DNA from: Octopus vulgaris
Lineage: Eukaryota
DNA length: 64,000 nucleotides
NCBI GenBank assembly: GCA_951406725.2
Contig: OX597821.1
Span: 69,006,001-69,070,000, forward strand
Direction of reading: 5' to 3'
This document shows positions 1 to 12,429 of this stretch, one piece after another. Position 1 is the stretch's first letter. Every line of letters starts with the position of its first letter. A program made the translations under genes and the position numbers. The notes under the pieces are model-generated. The model saw nothing but the letters and a program-made list of their open reading frames with translations. It made no database searches and had not been told where the DNA came from.

Positions 1-57
1 TATGGGTAATACCATACTAAATTCTGGTGCCTTTAACTGAATCTAAATTTTACTGAA

Positions 58-94
<37 letters not shown>

Positions 95-144
95 ACAAAA
101 TCAAAAGCAAACTCGATGAACATTAATGGAATTTGTAGTTTTGT

Positions 145-470
145 GGTACCAGTGCCGGTGGCACATACGAAAACCATCCGAACGTGGCCGTAGCCAGTAC
201 CGCATTGACTGGCCTCCGTGCCGGTGACACGTAAAAAACACCATCCAAGCGTGGCCGTTCGCCAGCCTTGTCTGGCACCTGTGTCGGTGGCACATAAAAT
301 CACCCACTACACTCTCGGAGTGGTTGGCGTTAGGAAGGGCATCCAGCTGTAGAAACACTGCCAGATCTGACTAGCCTAGTGCAGCCTCCGGGCTTCCCAG
401 ACCCCAGTTGAACCGTCCAACCCATGCTAGCATGGAAAGCGGACGTTAAACGATGATGATGATGATGATG
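145..470 (+). mobile_element. RTE-associated non-autonomous repeat (family B) with internal ~60-bp tandem units and (GAT)n end
   Basis: GAGTGGTTGGCGTTAGGAAGGGCATCCAGC...CATGGAAAGCGGACGTTAAACGATGATGAT; further copies near 15853, 23390, 26320, 34885, 48141, 50323, 53490, 59780-60370, 61350. Confidence 0.8.
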
Positions 471-875
471 ACAACGGTATTCCAATTTCCCTCTACCAAA
501 TCCACTCACAAGACACTTGCCCAAGTTGCCACATAGTGGGACTGAACTCAGAACCATGTGGTTGGGAAGCAAACTTCTTATCACACAACCATGCCATTTG
601 AAAATTAATTGAAATAAAGGTTGTGTATGCCAACTAAAATATGGTAAGGGTTACAGACTAAATCAATTTCTGATTTCTGACCTATTAGTACAAAGTCATA
701 AATTTGGCGAATGGAAATAAAGTTGACATGGAGGTTGAAAGGTGAAGTTTACTGTGAAGTGAATATGAACTCAGAACACAAAAGGATGGAAGGAAATACC
801 ACAAAACATTTTGTCTGGTATATTATTTACATTATTTACATTTGACGGATATTTGTCCTCGTCTTGTTTGTAGTA

Positions 876-921
876 AACACAATGTTTCAGTTGATATACC
901 CTCCAGCCTTCATCAGGTGTC
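876..921 (-). ncRNA. Minimal type-I hammerhead ribozyme motif (H1), slightly degenerate
   Basis: Reverse complement GACAC-CTGATGA-A-GGCTG..CAACT-GAAAC-ATT-GTGTT. Confidence 0.65.
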
Positions 922-950
922 TTGGAGAAATTTATAATAATAATAATAAC

Positions 951-988
<38 letters not shown>

Positions 989-1043
989 TAATAACATCAA
1001 AAAATACCTTAGGAAGGAGAACCAAGGTTTGGAATTTCCCTAA

Positions 1044-1089
1044 GATACCTGATGAAGGCTGGAGTGTATATCAGCTGAAACGTTGTGTT
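1044..1089 (+). ncRNA. Minimal type-I hammerhead ribozyme motif (H1)
   Basis: GATAC-CTGATGA-A-GGCTG(loop)CAGCT-GAAAC-GTT|GTGTT; stem I GAUAC/GUGUU; loopless palindromic helix III AACGUU. Confidence 0.75.
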
Positions 1090-1689
1090 AACAACAAACA
1101 AGATGAAGACAAATATCAGTCAAATGTAAATAGTGTAAATAATGTACATAATTCCTCATCTCTTAAATATAGAACTGTATTTTGTCTGGTGTTCTACAAA
1201 TCCTGACATCCGTTGCATTAATGAACCAAAGAGGAAGCCCCTATGTGGTCATTCAACCTGTTGAAAATATTGACTGAATCTTCTTCATACTGCCTCTAAC
1301 CATTTCAACCATCTTCAGAAAGGAAAGACACATTAGATTATTTACTTCTAGGTACACTGTGTCTGAATAAAAAATAGGATTGTCAGGATAGGAACACTTT
1401 TGGCAATAGGTCTGCTGGATGAGATTTTAAACAACAATAACATCAATCCATTGCTTTTGAGACTTACTAAAAGTTTATATATTAGTGACAGAGGTAGTAT
1501 TATTAATTGAGAGCCCCTTCGGTCATGACTGACCGTGGGATTGCACCTAGAAAGTTACCCTCTCAGACACAAGTCCGGGCAAGGTTGCTTATGGAAGACC
1601 AGCAAAAGCCCATGCATACTGGCCTCCCCTCTCCACGCCACCAGTGTTATCCAAGGGAAAGACAACAGTAGACACAGCTTGGCACCTGT

Positions 1690-1843
1690 GATGTTGCAAC
1701 TCATTTCTACAGCTGAGTGAACTGGAGCAATGTGAAATAAAGTGTCTTGCTCAAGAACACAACACGGAGATTGTCCGGGATTCGAACTCACAACTTCACA
1801 ACCGTAAGCTCGATGCTCTAACCCCTGAGCCATGCACCTTCAC
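1690..1843 (-). mobile_element. tRNA-derived SINE, Meta-SINE-like central domain (family D)
   Basis: Reverse complement has B box GTTCGAATCC then TGTGTTCTTGAGCAAGACACTTTATTTCAC; relatives at ~10010-10180, 11380-11530, 17085-17360, 55995-56235. Confidence 0.7.
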
Positions 1844-2204
1844 AATATTAATACTAAGAGGTAATATCTATCCTCATTTAAACATGGATGTTCTGTTGGA
1901 ACAAACTATACTGTGGTAAATGACAAGAGAAACTTGCATATTGGCTTTTGGTGCACAATGCACGCTTGTTTATATCACTAGTAGGGAGATAAGTCCCTGC
2001 CACCCCCAGTGCTGAGACTACCAATAAAGGTTTCTTTCTTGTTTTTGTTTATTTTTCTTTACAGTGAAATACTAATAATTACCAAAATGATGAAACCACA
2101 CTTTAAAGATTTTAGAGATTTGAACTGTTGGTTGGAGAAACTGTCTCTTTTACTTTCCTTTCTTCTGAGATAGAACTTTTAATTTTTTTACCATTCTATC
2201 TTTC

Positions 2205-2873
2205 ATACATCACCACCACCACCACCATCATCATCACAGCAGCATCATCACCAGCAGCAGCAGCAGCAGCAGCACCAGCACCAGCACCACCAGCACTATC
2301 AGCATCACCAGCACTACCGGCAACACCAGCACCAGCACCAGTACCAGCACCACCATCACCACCACCGCCGCCGCCGTCACCACCACCTGCCTTGTCGGCA
2401 TCATTGTCATCATCATCATCATTGTCATCAGAAGCACAAGGAACCAATGATTGGACAATGTTAGCCTGTAACCAAACACTGTTGTTTACCAGTTGCAATA
2501 TAAAGAAAATACTTGAATAAATACTTGATAAAATGGTTTAAGATTTAGGAATTGGTAATGCAATATAATACCAAACTGACCACTCCAAATCTGGTTAATA
2601 TTCATGGATGTAGGGGCCTTACAATTTACATTCTGAAGTGTCCAAGATGGCTGACTGTCAGTTAAGCAGTGATGGCAGTAGGAAAAGGATAGTTTGTCTC
2701 CCACACACATTACAATAATGAAACTTACCATCAAATGTCAGATTTAATAGTCCTTCCGGAACATTCTTTGCAGCTTCATGTATATGGAGTTGTTGAGTAA
2801 ACGATGTGTCATCATCACCATCATCATCACCACACCAACTAGCCTCCTCCTCCTCCTCCTCACCACCACCACC

Positions 2874-2958
<85 letters not shown>

Positions 2959-3257
2959 GCACCATCATTGTTGTCATCATCACCGTCATCTTACGTGTTT
3001 GTTCCAATGCTGTGTTCATGTGTGTGTGTGTGTGTGTGTGTGCGCACGCATGTGTGTGTGTGCGCACACATGTGTGTGTGTGCGCACGCATGTGTGTGAG
3101 TGTGTGCATGTGTGCATTTTTCGTGTATGTGTTGAAATACCTAATATATACTGTAATATACTGTACATGTTAGTTCTCTCTGCATAGGTATGTAAAGTAT
3201 ATATGTATTTGTATGTTTGTGTTTCTCCATGTTTATTTGTGCATTTTATCATACAAG

Positions 3258-3292
<35 letters not shown>

Positions 3293-3379
3293 TAATCCAT
3301 CTATGTCCCTATCTATCTATCTATCTATTATCTATCTATCTTTCAATCGATCTAACTTTCTGTCATTATATAAACAGAC

Positions 3380-3411
<32 letters not shown>

Positions 3412-3560
3412 GTGTGCATGTGCGTGTGTGTGTGTGTGTATGTTTGTGTGCTGGTGTATATGTGCGTGACTTTTTCTGCTTTTATGACCTTATGTTCTTG
3501 CCTCTATGAACTTACGTATGCTCATGATGTATTTGTGTGTGTGTGTGTGTGTGTGATGCA
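2205..3560. repeat. Compound microsatellite cluster (CAC/CAG/CAT, TG, TATC, TATG)
   Basis: Direct inspection. Confidence 0.95.
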
Positions 3561-3705
3561 TCTGTGCATGGATTAACTGCTTTTATGAGCAGTTACTAAT
3601 TTATCATTCATATATATATATATAGTCCCACCCATACCAGCATGGAAGGCAGATGTTAAACGATGATGATGAGGATAATGGTGATGATGATGATGATGAT
3701 GATGA

Positions 3706-3752
<47 letters not shown>

Positions 3753-4107
3753 TATAAGAAAAATAAATAAATAACAAATGATGGATGAGAGTCATTCATT
3801 TATCTATTTATTTATTTGCTTAAAATACTCCAAAAGGGATTCCCAACCCGTTGGACATTTTGGATTAAATCAAACATGATGCAACCAATATGTGTGCTTT
3901 GGACTAGACCCTAGCCGTTAAATACTCATAAGGGTTAAATTCTCTGTATGCATAACTTAAAAATTTCACTGGATGTACTTCAGTACCCAGTATATTTATT
4001 CGACTACTGAATTCAACCCAACCTGGTACCTATCATTTAAGTACCCGATTCTCTTCCAAATCCTTAATACTGTATACATACATATATATATGTATATATA
4101 TATATAC

Positions 4108-4439
4108 AGCGCAGGAGTGGCTGTATGGTAAGTAGCTTGCTGACCAACCACATAATAATAATAATAATAATAATTGTGTACAGTGCTCAGGTGCACTACA
4201 ACTCATCTAAAGTGTATATATAATCAGGTGTAGTTTCGGCGGATTTTGAGGTGGTTGATAACTTTGTGGGTGTTTACCAAGTCCGTCGCCAAACGCCAGA
4301 GCTTCAGTGAACATGGTTCCGGGTTCAGTCCCACTGCGTGGCATCTTGGGCAAGTGTCTTCTGCTATAGCCCCGGGCCGACCAATGCCTTGTGAGTGGAT
4401 TTGGTAGACGGAAACTGAAAGAAGCCTGTCGTATATATG

Positions 4440-4470
<31 letters not shown>

Positions 4471-4680
4471 TTGTGTGTCTGTGTTTGTTCCTCTAGCATT
4501 GCTTGACAACTGATGCTGGTGTGTTTACGTCCCCGTCACTTAGCGGTTCGGCAAAAGAGTACGCTAGACTAAGTACTGGGCTTACAAAGAATAAGTCCCG
4601 GGGTCAATTTGCTCGACTAAAGGCAGTGCTCCAGCATGGCCGCAGTCAAATGACTGAAACAAGTAAAAGAGTAAAAGAGT
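4108..4680 (+). mobile_element. tRNA-derived SINE family A, interrupted by a LINE 3' fragment
   Basis: Head GCGCAGGAGTGGCTGTATGGTAAG, B-box-like GGTTCAGTCCC, internal (TA)/(TG) tract, tail ACTGAAACAAGTAAAAGAGT; >12 copies in window. Confidence 0.85.
4152..4310 (-). mobile_element. 5'-truncated CR1/L2-type LINE 3' end with (TTA)n tail
   Basis: Minus strand SLKLWRLATDLVNTHKVIN resembles CR1/L2 RT C-terminus (RR.RGDLI..YKI); splits SINE head at ACCAC|ATGG. Confidence 0.55.
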
Positions 4681-4688
4681 ATATATAT

Positions 4689-5452
4689 AAAAATACCATT
4701 ATATATATAATGGTATTTTTATATAAGCTTAAAGCTTATGGTGATTACCGTGCAATGACTAGGGAAAATAGTCTAATAAAGGGGCATATAAGCCCTCGAC
4801 AGAAAAAAGAAGGCTTTCCTATCTGCATGGGAGTTGAATCCACATTCCTTTGTTAACGTAACTAAATGTGTTACCTTTACACCAGCGACTCAGCCTCCCT
4901 TTTCCTGTCAAATTTTATAATGCTATTTTTATATAAGCATAAAGCTTATGGTGATCTCTGTGCAATGTCTAAGGAAAATAGTCTAATAAAGGGGCATATA
5001 AGCCCTCGACAGAAAAAAAAAGGCTTTCCTATCCGTCTGGGAGTCAAACCCATATCCCTTTGTTAATGCGACTAAGCATGTTACCTTTACACCAGTGAAT
5101 CAATTTAAGCATATATAAAAATACCATTATTATTATTTACAGGATTGTGAAAATGGTGCCGTATAAAAAACCATTTGTACTGAAAGCATATAGAAAGTTT
5201 ATTTACATATAAAAAAAAACAAACAAGCTATCATAGTTCTTAAATTTGGCAGGCAAAGGGAAACTGATTTGCTGGTGTAAAGGTAACACACTTAGTTGCA
5301 TTAACAAAGGGATGCAAGTTCGACTCCCATACTGATAGGAAAACCTTCTTTTTTCTTTGAGTGCTTATATGCCCCTTTATTAGACTATTTTCCTTAGTCA
5401 TTGCATGGTGATCGCCATAAGCTTTAAGCTTATATAAAAATACCATTATTAT
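4689..5452. repeat. ~210-bp unit in two direct copies plus one inverted copy (foldback/MITE-like)
   Basis: TAATGGTATTTTTATATAAGCTTAAAGCTTATGG...ACCAGC at 4707 and 4917 (+) and 5243-5450 (-). Confidence 0.8.
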
Positions 5453-6738
5453 TATTTGTTTGCTCCTTCTCAAGCCATGCCTGGCTCATAGGACCGGTTT
5501 CCCGGTTTCCTTGACAAATAGGTTCCCCACCTGGATGGGATGCTGGTCTGTTGCAGGTGAGCTGCAAGATGCAGGAGGAAAGAGTGAGAGAAAGTTGTGG
5601 CGAAAGAGTCAACAGAAGTTTGTGATTACCTTCTACCAGAGCCACATGGAGCTTAGGTGTTTTGCTCATAAACACACACATAACCCAATCTGAAATTTGA
5701 ACCTGTGATCCCTCGATATTCCAACTCTTGGAAGCTGTAGAGTCACCTGAGCATACAAGATGAGCATTATTTGTAATTCAATGGTACAACACTGTAAAAG
5801 TTTGCTTTCATATATACTTAGATTGTAATTTCTGCTATATGGTGCATAAATTGTCAGGTAAAGGAGAGACATCTTTGCCTCCACTGATTCAGTTGCAAAG
5901 TGTTATTTTGAGTAAAGTTATTTGGCTGTAGGCCTCCTTCGAGTCTTTTTATTATAACTAGGTCAAAGATAGTCCCTAGATAGTGACATTGATTTCAAGG
6001 CCTTCCCAGAAAAGTGGCTGGTCATTCAAAGAGATTTATAGATTGTAAATTTATTCTGGCCAGTTACCTATCAGCACAGTGATCATTGGCAAACTCGAGG
6101 TAACACTTTCATTTCCCCTTAGCCCTCACATCAAATAGTTGTTAATGTTTATTTGACTTGAGTCACTCCCTTCCAATTGCTATAGATCTGTAATGCATCT
6201 TACAGCTGTGCCCATCACCTGTATGGTGAGGAATCCTACATTGGGGAGTGGCAACAACTAGGGGAGGGTAGCTGACTGCTTATTGTGGTCATTCGCCTTT
6301 TGGTTTCCTATAGCTTTGCTTTCTTTTACAAACCCAGTGAACATTCAAATATTTCCAAATTCAAAGAAATTTGAACAATAGATATAAGACCCAAGTTAGA
6401 AAAGATTCAACTTTTCTGGTTGGCTTTAAGAACCCCACCCCCACAATAGGGGCCTTGATTTCCGCATTTTAGAGTTCCAACTGCTCTGTTTTTCAGGAGC
6501 AAAAACCTTTGAATAGGTTTCATAAGATTTGGATTTTGGAATCTGGGCATAAAGATGAGTAGTATGGGATAAATATGTCATGATTAGAAATTTTTGTGAG
6601 GGTGTGTAAAGAGGGAAAGAACCCTCATTAAAATTCTTAATCCGCAATTTTGATAAAATTCGAATCATAGCAATTCCAGTTCATTTGAGAAAATATAAAA
6701 GAAAAGTCTAATTCTTCAATTCCATGTGACACGGGCAA

Positions 6739-6739
<1 letters not shown>

Positions 6740-6819
<80 letters not shown>

Positions 6820-6839
6820 CAGACAGATAGATAGATAGA
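6740..6839. repeat. (GATA)n microsatellite
   Basis: Direct inspection. Confidence 0.97.
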
Positions 6840-7194
6840 TTGTATCTAAGTATATATATGAGTGAATGAGTGTGTATGTGCTTGTGTGTGTGTACATATA
6901 TACAGAACTTGTAACAAGCTTTAGTAATAAGCATGTATGCAGCAAAGTGTACACCCTATTAATGCAGCAGCCTGATTAATTCTGCAAGTGTGCAGAGACT
7001 TATAAGAGGCAGCATTTAACTGCATCTGTTCACATTTGGATTTCTAGTCCACAGTAAATACCACCAAATTTCATATCTGTTGACTTTTGGCAGACTCTTG
7101 GCTCTAACCAAAAGCTAAGTTACTGGAACCTTTGAGGGTTGAGTTGCTGAGCTGATGCAGCTGTTACTGTCCTGTATGTAGTTAACTGTGCTAA

Positions 7195-7285
7195 ACTACT
7201 ACTACTGCTGCTACTACTGCTACTAGTGCTGCTGCTGCTACTGCTGCTGCTACTGCTGCTGCTGCTGCTGCTACTACTACTACTG

Positions 7286-7346
<61 letters not shown>

Positions 7347-7505
7347 AACAAACACCACCACCACACTGGTACTACTACTACTGCTGCTGCCGCCCCCACT
7401 ACTACCACCGCCATCACTGCCACCACTACTAATACTACTACTATCACCACCACCACTACAAATACTACTACTGCTACTGCTGCTGCTGCTACCACCACCA
7501 CTACT
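7195..7505. repeat. (CTA/CTG/CCA)n compound microsatellite
   Basis: Direct inspection. Confidence 0.95.
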
Positions 7506-8415
7506 ATTCAAAGCAACCAATGCACTCAATACCCTTCCTCTCATCACCTTTGCCATATCTCACCTCCACCCCCACCCCTAGAAGTCACATTTAGTATTCA
7601 ACCTAATCCTTAAATCAGCAAAAATTTCAGGCACTTGGAATTCCCTTCTCACACCCAGTTTGTTTTAATTAACTAACTTAAACTTGAGTCTACATTATTG
7701 TGTCTCATCGCTGGGTGTCCACACTAATCACTTCATCCAATCATTCCTTCACTGAAAAGCTACCTTCTTTCAGTCTCATCTCTAGCCATGTTATTGCTAT
7801 TTTTTTTCTATGTTTTTCTTTTTTTTTCCCCTTCTGACGTCAATTCACAGAAGTTCAAAACTAAATATCAATTGCATTGATCTTACTGGGAGAGCTTATC
7901 AACATCAATAATGTTGCCTCCTCCCACTTCTCTGACTAATAAACTATAAAAAAACCAAAAAAAGACAGGCAACAAGAAGTCTCTATCTGGCAGCTTATCC
8001 TTATGGAAATAGCAGTTAAACTTCTCTTAGATCACAACCTACTGTCTTTAAAAAAAAGGGAATAGCTTGCTTCCTAACCACAAGGTTCCGGGTTCAGTCC
8101 CACTGCACGACACCTTGGGCAAGTGTCTTCTACTATAGTCTCAGGCCAGCCAAAGCCTTTTGAGTGGATTGGTAGATGGAAGCTGAAAAGAAGCCTGTCG
8201 TATATATGTATATGTAGAGTATTTCACAGAAGTATGTACACCCCTAAAAATTTTAATAAAATTGCCATTACTCTGATGGTATCGAAGGAAATCAAACGAA
8301 ATTTCATATTGAATAAAATATATTATACATGCAAACATTATACATGCAAACATTATACAAATTTGGAACACAAAACAATAAATATAAATATTATGTTATA
8401 TTTTATTATATTATA

Positions 8416-8956
8416 CAGGGTGTTCCAAAAGAAACAGTGCACTGAACATTTTCATAGGTATACATAAAGAAACAGTGCACTGAACACAAGAAAGGATATT
8501 TATAGTTGAAAATGTTTTCGTGTCAGTATGGCTGCAGTTGGTGATGTCTTTGGGGATCGTGTGATCTCTCGTGGTTTGTGGCCACCTCGATCACCGGATT
8601 TAACACCTCCTGACTTTTATTTGTGGGGCAAATTGAAAGACTCAGTGTATGCAGACAATCCTCGAACTACGGATGAACTGAAGCAGAAAATAACAAGTGT
8701 TATTCAAAACATCAAACCTGATGAACTTGAGTGTGTTTTTCAAAACACGCAGCGTCGCGCTCGTTTATGTCTGCAGGTGAATGGCGCACACTTTCAACAG
8801 TTATTGTAGATCATATCTTACTGCACGAGTCAATACTCAATCGTACTTTAGTTGATAAGGTATTGAATTTGTGAATATTTGCAATAAATAGTATTTTTCT
8901 GTGAGTTTTGTTTCTTTGGGTTATTAGCATATTCCTACTGCACTGTTTCTTTTGAA
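8416..8956 (+). mobile_element. Internally deleted Tc1/mariner (rosa/DD41D-like) element
   Basis: ORF 8528-8809 WPPRSPDLTPPDFYLWGKLKDSVY...GAHFQQLL transposase C-terminus; TIR CAAAAGAAACAGTGCA / TGCACTGTTTCTTTTG. Confidence 0.8.
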
Positions 8957-9609
8957 TGAAATATTAATTTTCAAACGATACAAAAATATGTACACCCTAA
9001 AGAATTATTTGCTATATTCAATATTTGGTGTGACCGCCCTTGCTTTCAATGGCTGCATTAAGTCTTCTGGGCATAGAGTTGACTAAATTTCCGCATATAA
9101 CCAATTAGCTTTTATGCAACTGACCCCGTATGGAAAGATCTGCAAACAGATCTCTGACTTGTTTTAGAGAATTTGTTGCAATTGCTTTCTCCGGAGTCAT
9201 ATCCCAATGATGATCATATTTGTCACCAAAAATTATGTAAAAAAATTGCCAAAAATAATCGCAGTAATGAAAACATAGGAATCCAAAATTTCAAGATTGC
9301 AAGTCCGGATTTGGCCTGGAATGTTTTTAATTTACTTAGAGTTGGTCTTTAGATTATAAAAATTGTTATCATACAAAAAAATTTGCTGCAAAATGTCATG
9401 TAAAAAAAATTGCCACAAACAATAACATTAATGAAAACTTGGACATCCAAAACTTCAGGATTGTGGGTCCAGATTCAGCCTGGAATGTTTTTAATTTACT
9501 CATGGAGTCAGCTTGATTCCAAAATGATATGATACTTTGGGCTACAACCTCTAGGAGTAAAGTTGAAAAAGTGTGACACACTGACATTCACATTTATTAT
9601 ATCATATTA

Positions 9610-9822
9610 AGGCAGTGAGCTGGCAGAATCATTAGCACGCCGGCCAAAATGCTTAGCAGTATTTCATCTGCGGTTAGGTTTTGAGTTCGAATTCTGCTGA
9701 GATTGACTTTGCCTTTTAGCCTTTCAGGGTCAATAACATTAGTACCAGTTATGTACTGGGGTTGATGCAATCAACTTTATCCCTTCCCCAAAATTTGAGG
9801 CCTTATGCTTCCTGTAGAAAGA
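9610..9822 (+). mobile_element. tRNA-derived SINE family C (Deu/Nin-like central domain)
   Basis: GGCAGTGAGCTGGCAGAATC...GAGTTCGAATTC...GACTTTGCCTTT; copies at 14060-14250, 23901-24110, 41270-41800, 47375-47610, 51117-51347. Confidence 0.75.
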
Positions 9823-10971
9823 AGTTATTAAAGTTGAAAATGTTTGACACTGACATTCACATTTATCATATTAGATATGTTTAATTTTGGGGTAACTTTA
9901 TTTCAGTTAAAGTGTATTTTATATATGTGTGTATCTATATCTGTGTATGTATTAGTATACATCACGTGATCCCGTGACCGACCAGACCATCAGAAGAAAG
10001 AGTGAGAGAAAGTTGTGGTGAAAGAGTACAGCAGGGATCTCCACCACTTCCTGCCAGAGCCTCGTGGAACTTTTAGGTGTTTTCACTCAATAAACACTCA
10101 CAATGCCTGGTCTGGGAATTGAAACTGCAATCCTACAACTGCGAGTCTGCTGCCCTAACCACTGGGCCATTGCGCCTCCGTATTAGTATATATATGTGTG
10201 CATGTGTGTGTATTAAAGAAAGCAAAAGATAAAACAAAAATGATAGTATGTTGGTTCAGTATGTTGGCCACAGGAATTTCTGTCAAAGAGACATGGTTAA
10301 ACAAGGTTGTACATCCTCATCCTCTTTCTCTCACATATCCACTCTTTCTCTCTCTCTTATTATTACTCCCACTGTCACCATTAATACTATTACTTTTAAT
10401 ATAACATCATCAACTCTCCCTAAATTTATTTGTCACTCTTTCTCTCCTTTTCTTCTTTCTCTCTCACTCTCTGTCTATCTTTGCCACTACCCTCACTGTC
10501 TCTATGCCTACTATTACTCTAACCCCAGTACATGGAAATGTTATTGAATAGTGAGAGAGTGGGGGCAAAGTGTGACACACAGACACACAGAAATTAGCTT
10601 TCACATTTATTATATTAGATGAAATTGACCTCCTTTCATCCTGAATGATGTCTTTCAACTGTGTTACATTGTGGGGTTTTTCTCTCAAACCTTCTTTTCA
10701 AAACATCTCACAGATGTTCTAGTGGGTTTAAATCAAGTGACACGGTAGGCCAAGGCAAAATCTTTACCTTTTTATCTGATAAAAACTTAGTCGTTATCTT
10801 TCAAGTGTGCTTGGGGTCATTATCATGTTGGAACATGGAATGCCTTCCTAGTTCCTTGATGCTTTTCAACATTGTTTTCTGCAATATGTCTCAATAGAAC
10901 CTTGAACCCATTGTTCTCTCATGAGAACTCAATGTGAGTCCTCCCACAGCATGATTAATTCAAAATAATAT

Positions 10972-11335
10972 GAACAAGAGCACTCAGAGAGTGCAAACCC
11001 CAGCCAAGGCAACACCAACGTCCGCTCAACAATTAGCCGGTGATGATTTTTAAAATGAGAATATCTAAAATAAACTCGACTGCTCTCACAAATGAGAATA
11101 CTAAAAATGAACCTGGCTGCTCTCAAAAATTAAGTTAAAAAATGGAAAAATAATCCAGAATCTTTGTCTGGTACTGGATCAATCTCAAAATCTAATCAAT
11201 TTGTGCCAGTCACAAGGCAAAACATTCCTGAAAGTTTCATCCAAATCCATCCAGCAGTTCTTGAGATATCTTGTCTCACAAACAAACAAACACGACTGAA
11301 ACAATACCACCACCTTCGTTAAGGCAGAAGTAATA
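10972..11335 (+). mobile_element. Helentron-associated (DINE/HINE-like) non-autonomous element
   Basis: AACAAG start, internal short tandem, (ACAA)n near 3' end and terminal hairpin-like CCTTCG..GCAGAAG; similar ends at ~9100-9600, 33745-33862, 39355-39795. Confidence 0.4.
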
Positions 11336-11766
11336 TATAAGCATTGCATTTGACAAAGTAATCTGAATGCTAAAGGGTTAACATAATTCTCAGGAAGATT
11401 CAGTGTGACATGGCTGGCTCCTTTGAAACATAGGTACAACTCATTTTTGCCAGCTGAGTAGACTGGAGTGGAGTGAAATAAAGTGTCTTGCTCAAGGACA
11501 CAATGCACCACTGAGAATCGAACACATGCCCTTATTCTTTTATTCTTTTACTTGTTTCAGTCCTTTGACTGCAGCAATGCTGGAGCACTGCCTTTAGTCA
11601 AGCAAATCGGCCCCAGGACTCATTCTTTGTAAAAGCCTGGTACTTATTCTATCAATCTCTAACATACCAGCATCAGTTGTCAAGCGATGTTTGTGGGGTG
11701 GGGGTCGAACACAGACACTCAAACACATACATATACATATGCATATACATATACATATACATATAC

Positions 11767-11810
<44 letters not shown>

Positions 11811-11840
11811 AATAAAATTAAAAACAGAACCCAAGGGATA

Positions 11841-11935
11841 TTGCGGTACACGTGTTTCAAGCTTTATAAACAATCCATTATTACATCAGTGTATTATTGA
11901 TATAAAAGATGGTTTAAAGCTCTCTTCAGCCGCAA
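11841..11935 (-). ncRNA. Type-I hammerhead ribozyme with long loop II (H2)
   Basis: Reverse complement TTGCGG-CTGAAGA-GAGCTTT(~50 nt)AAAGCTT-GAAA-CACGTG-TA|CCGCAA; all core positions intact; palindromic helix III ACACGUGU; GUA cleavage triplet. Confidence 0.85.
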
Positions 11936-12429
11936 ATATTGTTAGTTCAAAGAATTACATCATAATACAAAAAATATGAAAAGTACATGTAGTATTACCC
12001 ATTATAATAGGTTTATCATATATCCTTGAAAAAGTGTGTTTGTAAAATTTTCTAACTGTATAAATGTATAACAATTCATTGGATTTCGAAAATCTGCCCA
12101 TACTGTATCACCTGTCAACATAGAGTCTCCATAAATATCCGAATATGTATATGTACACATGCCTGCACACACCACGATGTATATGATTGCTTTGTTATGG
12201 TAGGCTCTAATTCCATTTTCTGTATTTGCTTTAAGTGTCAACATCACTTAACAGATTGGTGATAATGATATCAACTTCAAGAAAGTGGGTTTGGCTTGTA
12301 AAACAAATCTGCAGTTTGAATCTATTGCTGAGAGGAAATAGAGAGGTTAGATATCAGGATGTGGGACTTTGCAGATGAGAGGTTATATGAGAATGAGAGG
12401 TCAGAGATGAGTGGTATCATACTACAGAC

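Larger units (their letters stand above)
820..1178. mobile_element. Inverted dimer of hammerhead-bearing retroelement 3' part (family H1)
   Basis: Minus copy 820-930 and plus copy ~995-1178 around (TAA)n; flanked by 12-bp direct repeat ATTTTGTCTGGT (808-819, 1179-1190). Confidence 0.8.
8213..10950 (-). mobile_element. Fragmented Tc1 (DD34E) transposon split by later insertions
   Basis: Minus-strand relics NLVNSMPRRLNAAIESKGGHTKY (~9020-9090) and MFQHDNDPKHT / DLNPLEHL (~10700-10840); repeated terminal motif ATGTACACCC at 8234 and 8988. Confidence 0.65.

Noticed and set aside
12002-12320. 81-aa minus ORF upstream of the H2 hammerhead as PLE endonuclease
   Set aside because: No GIY-YIG motifs recognisable in any frame read
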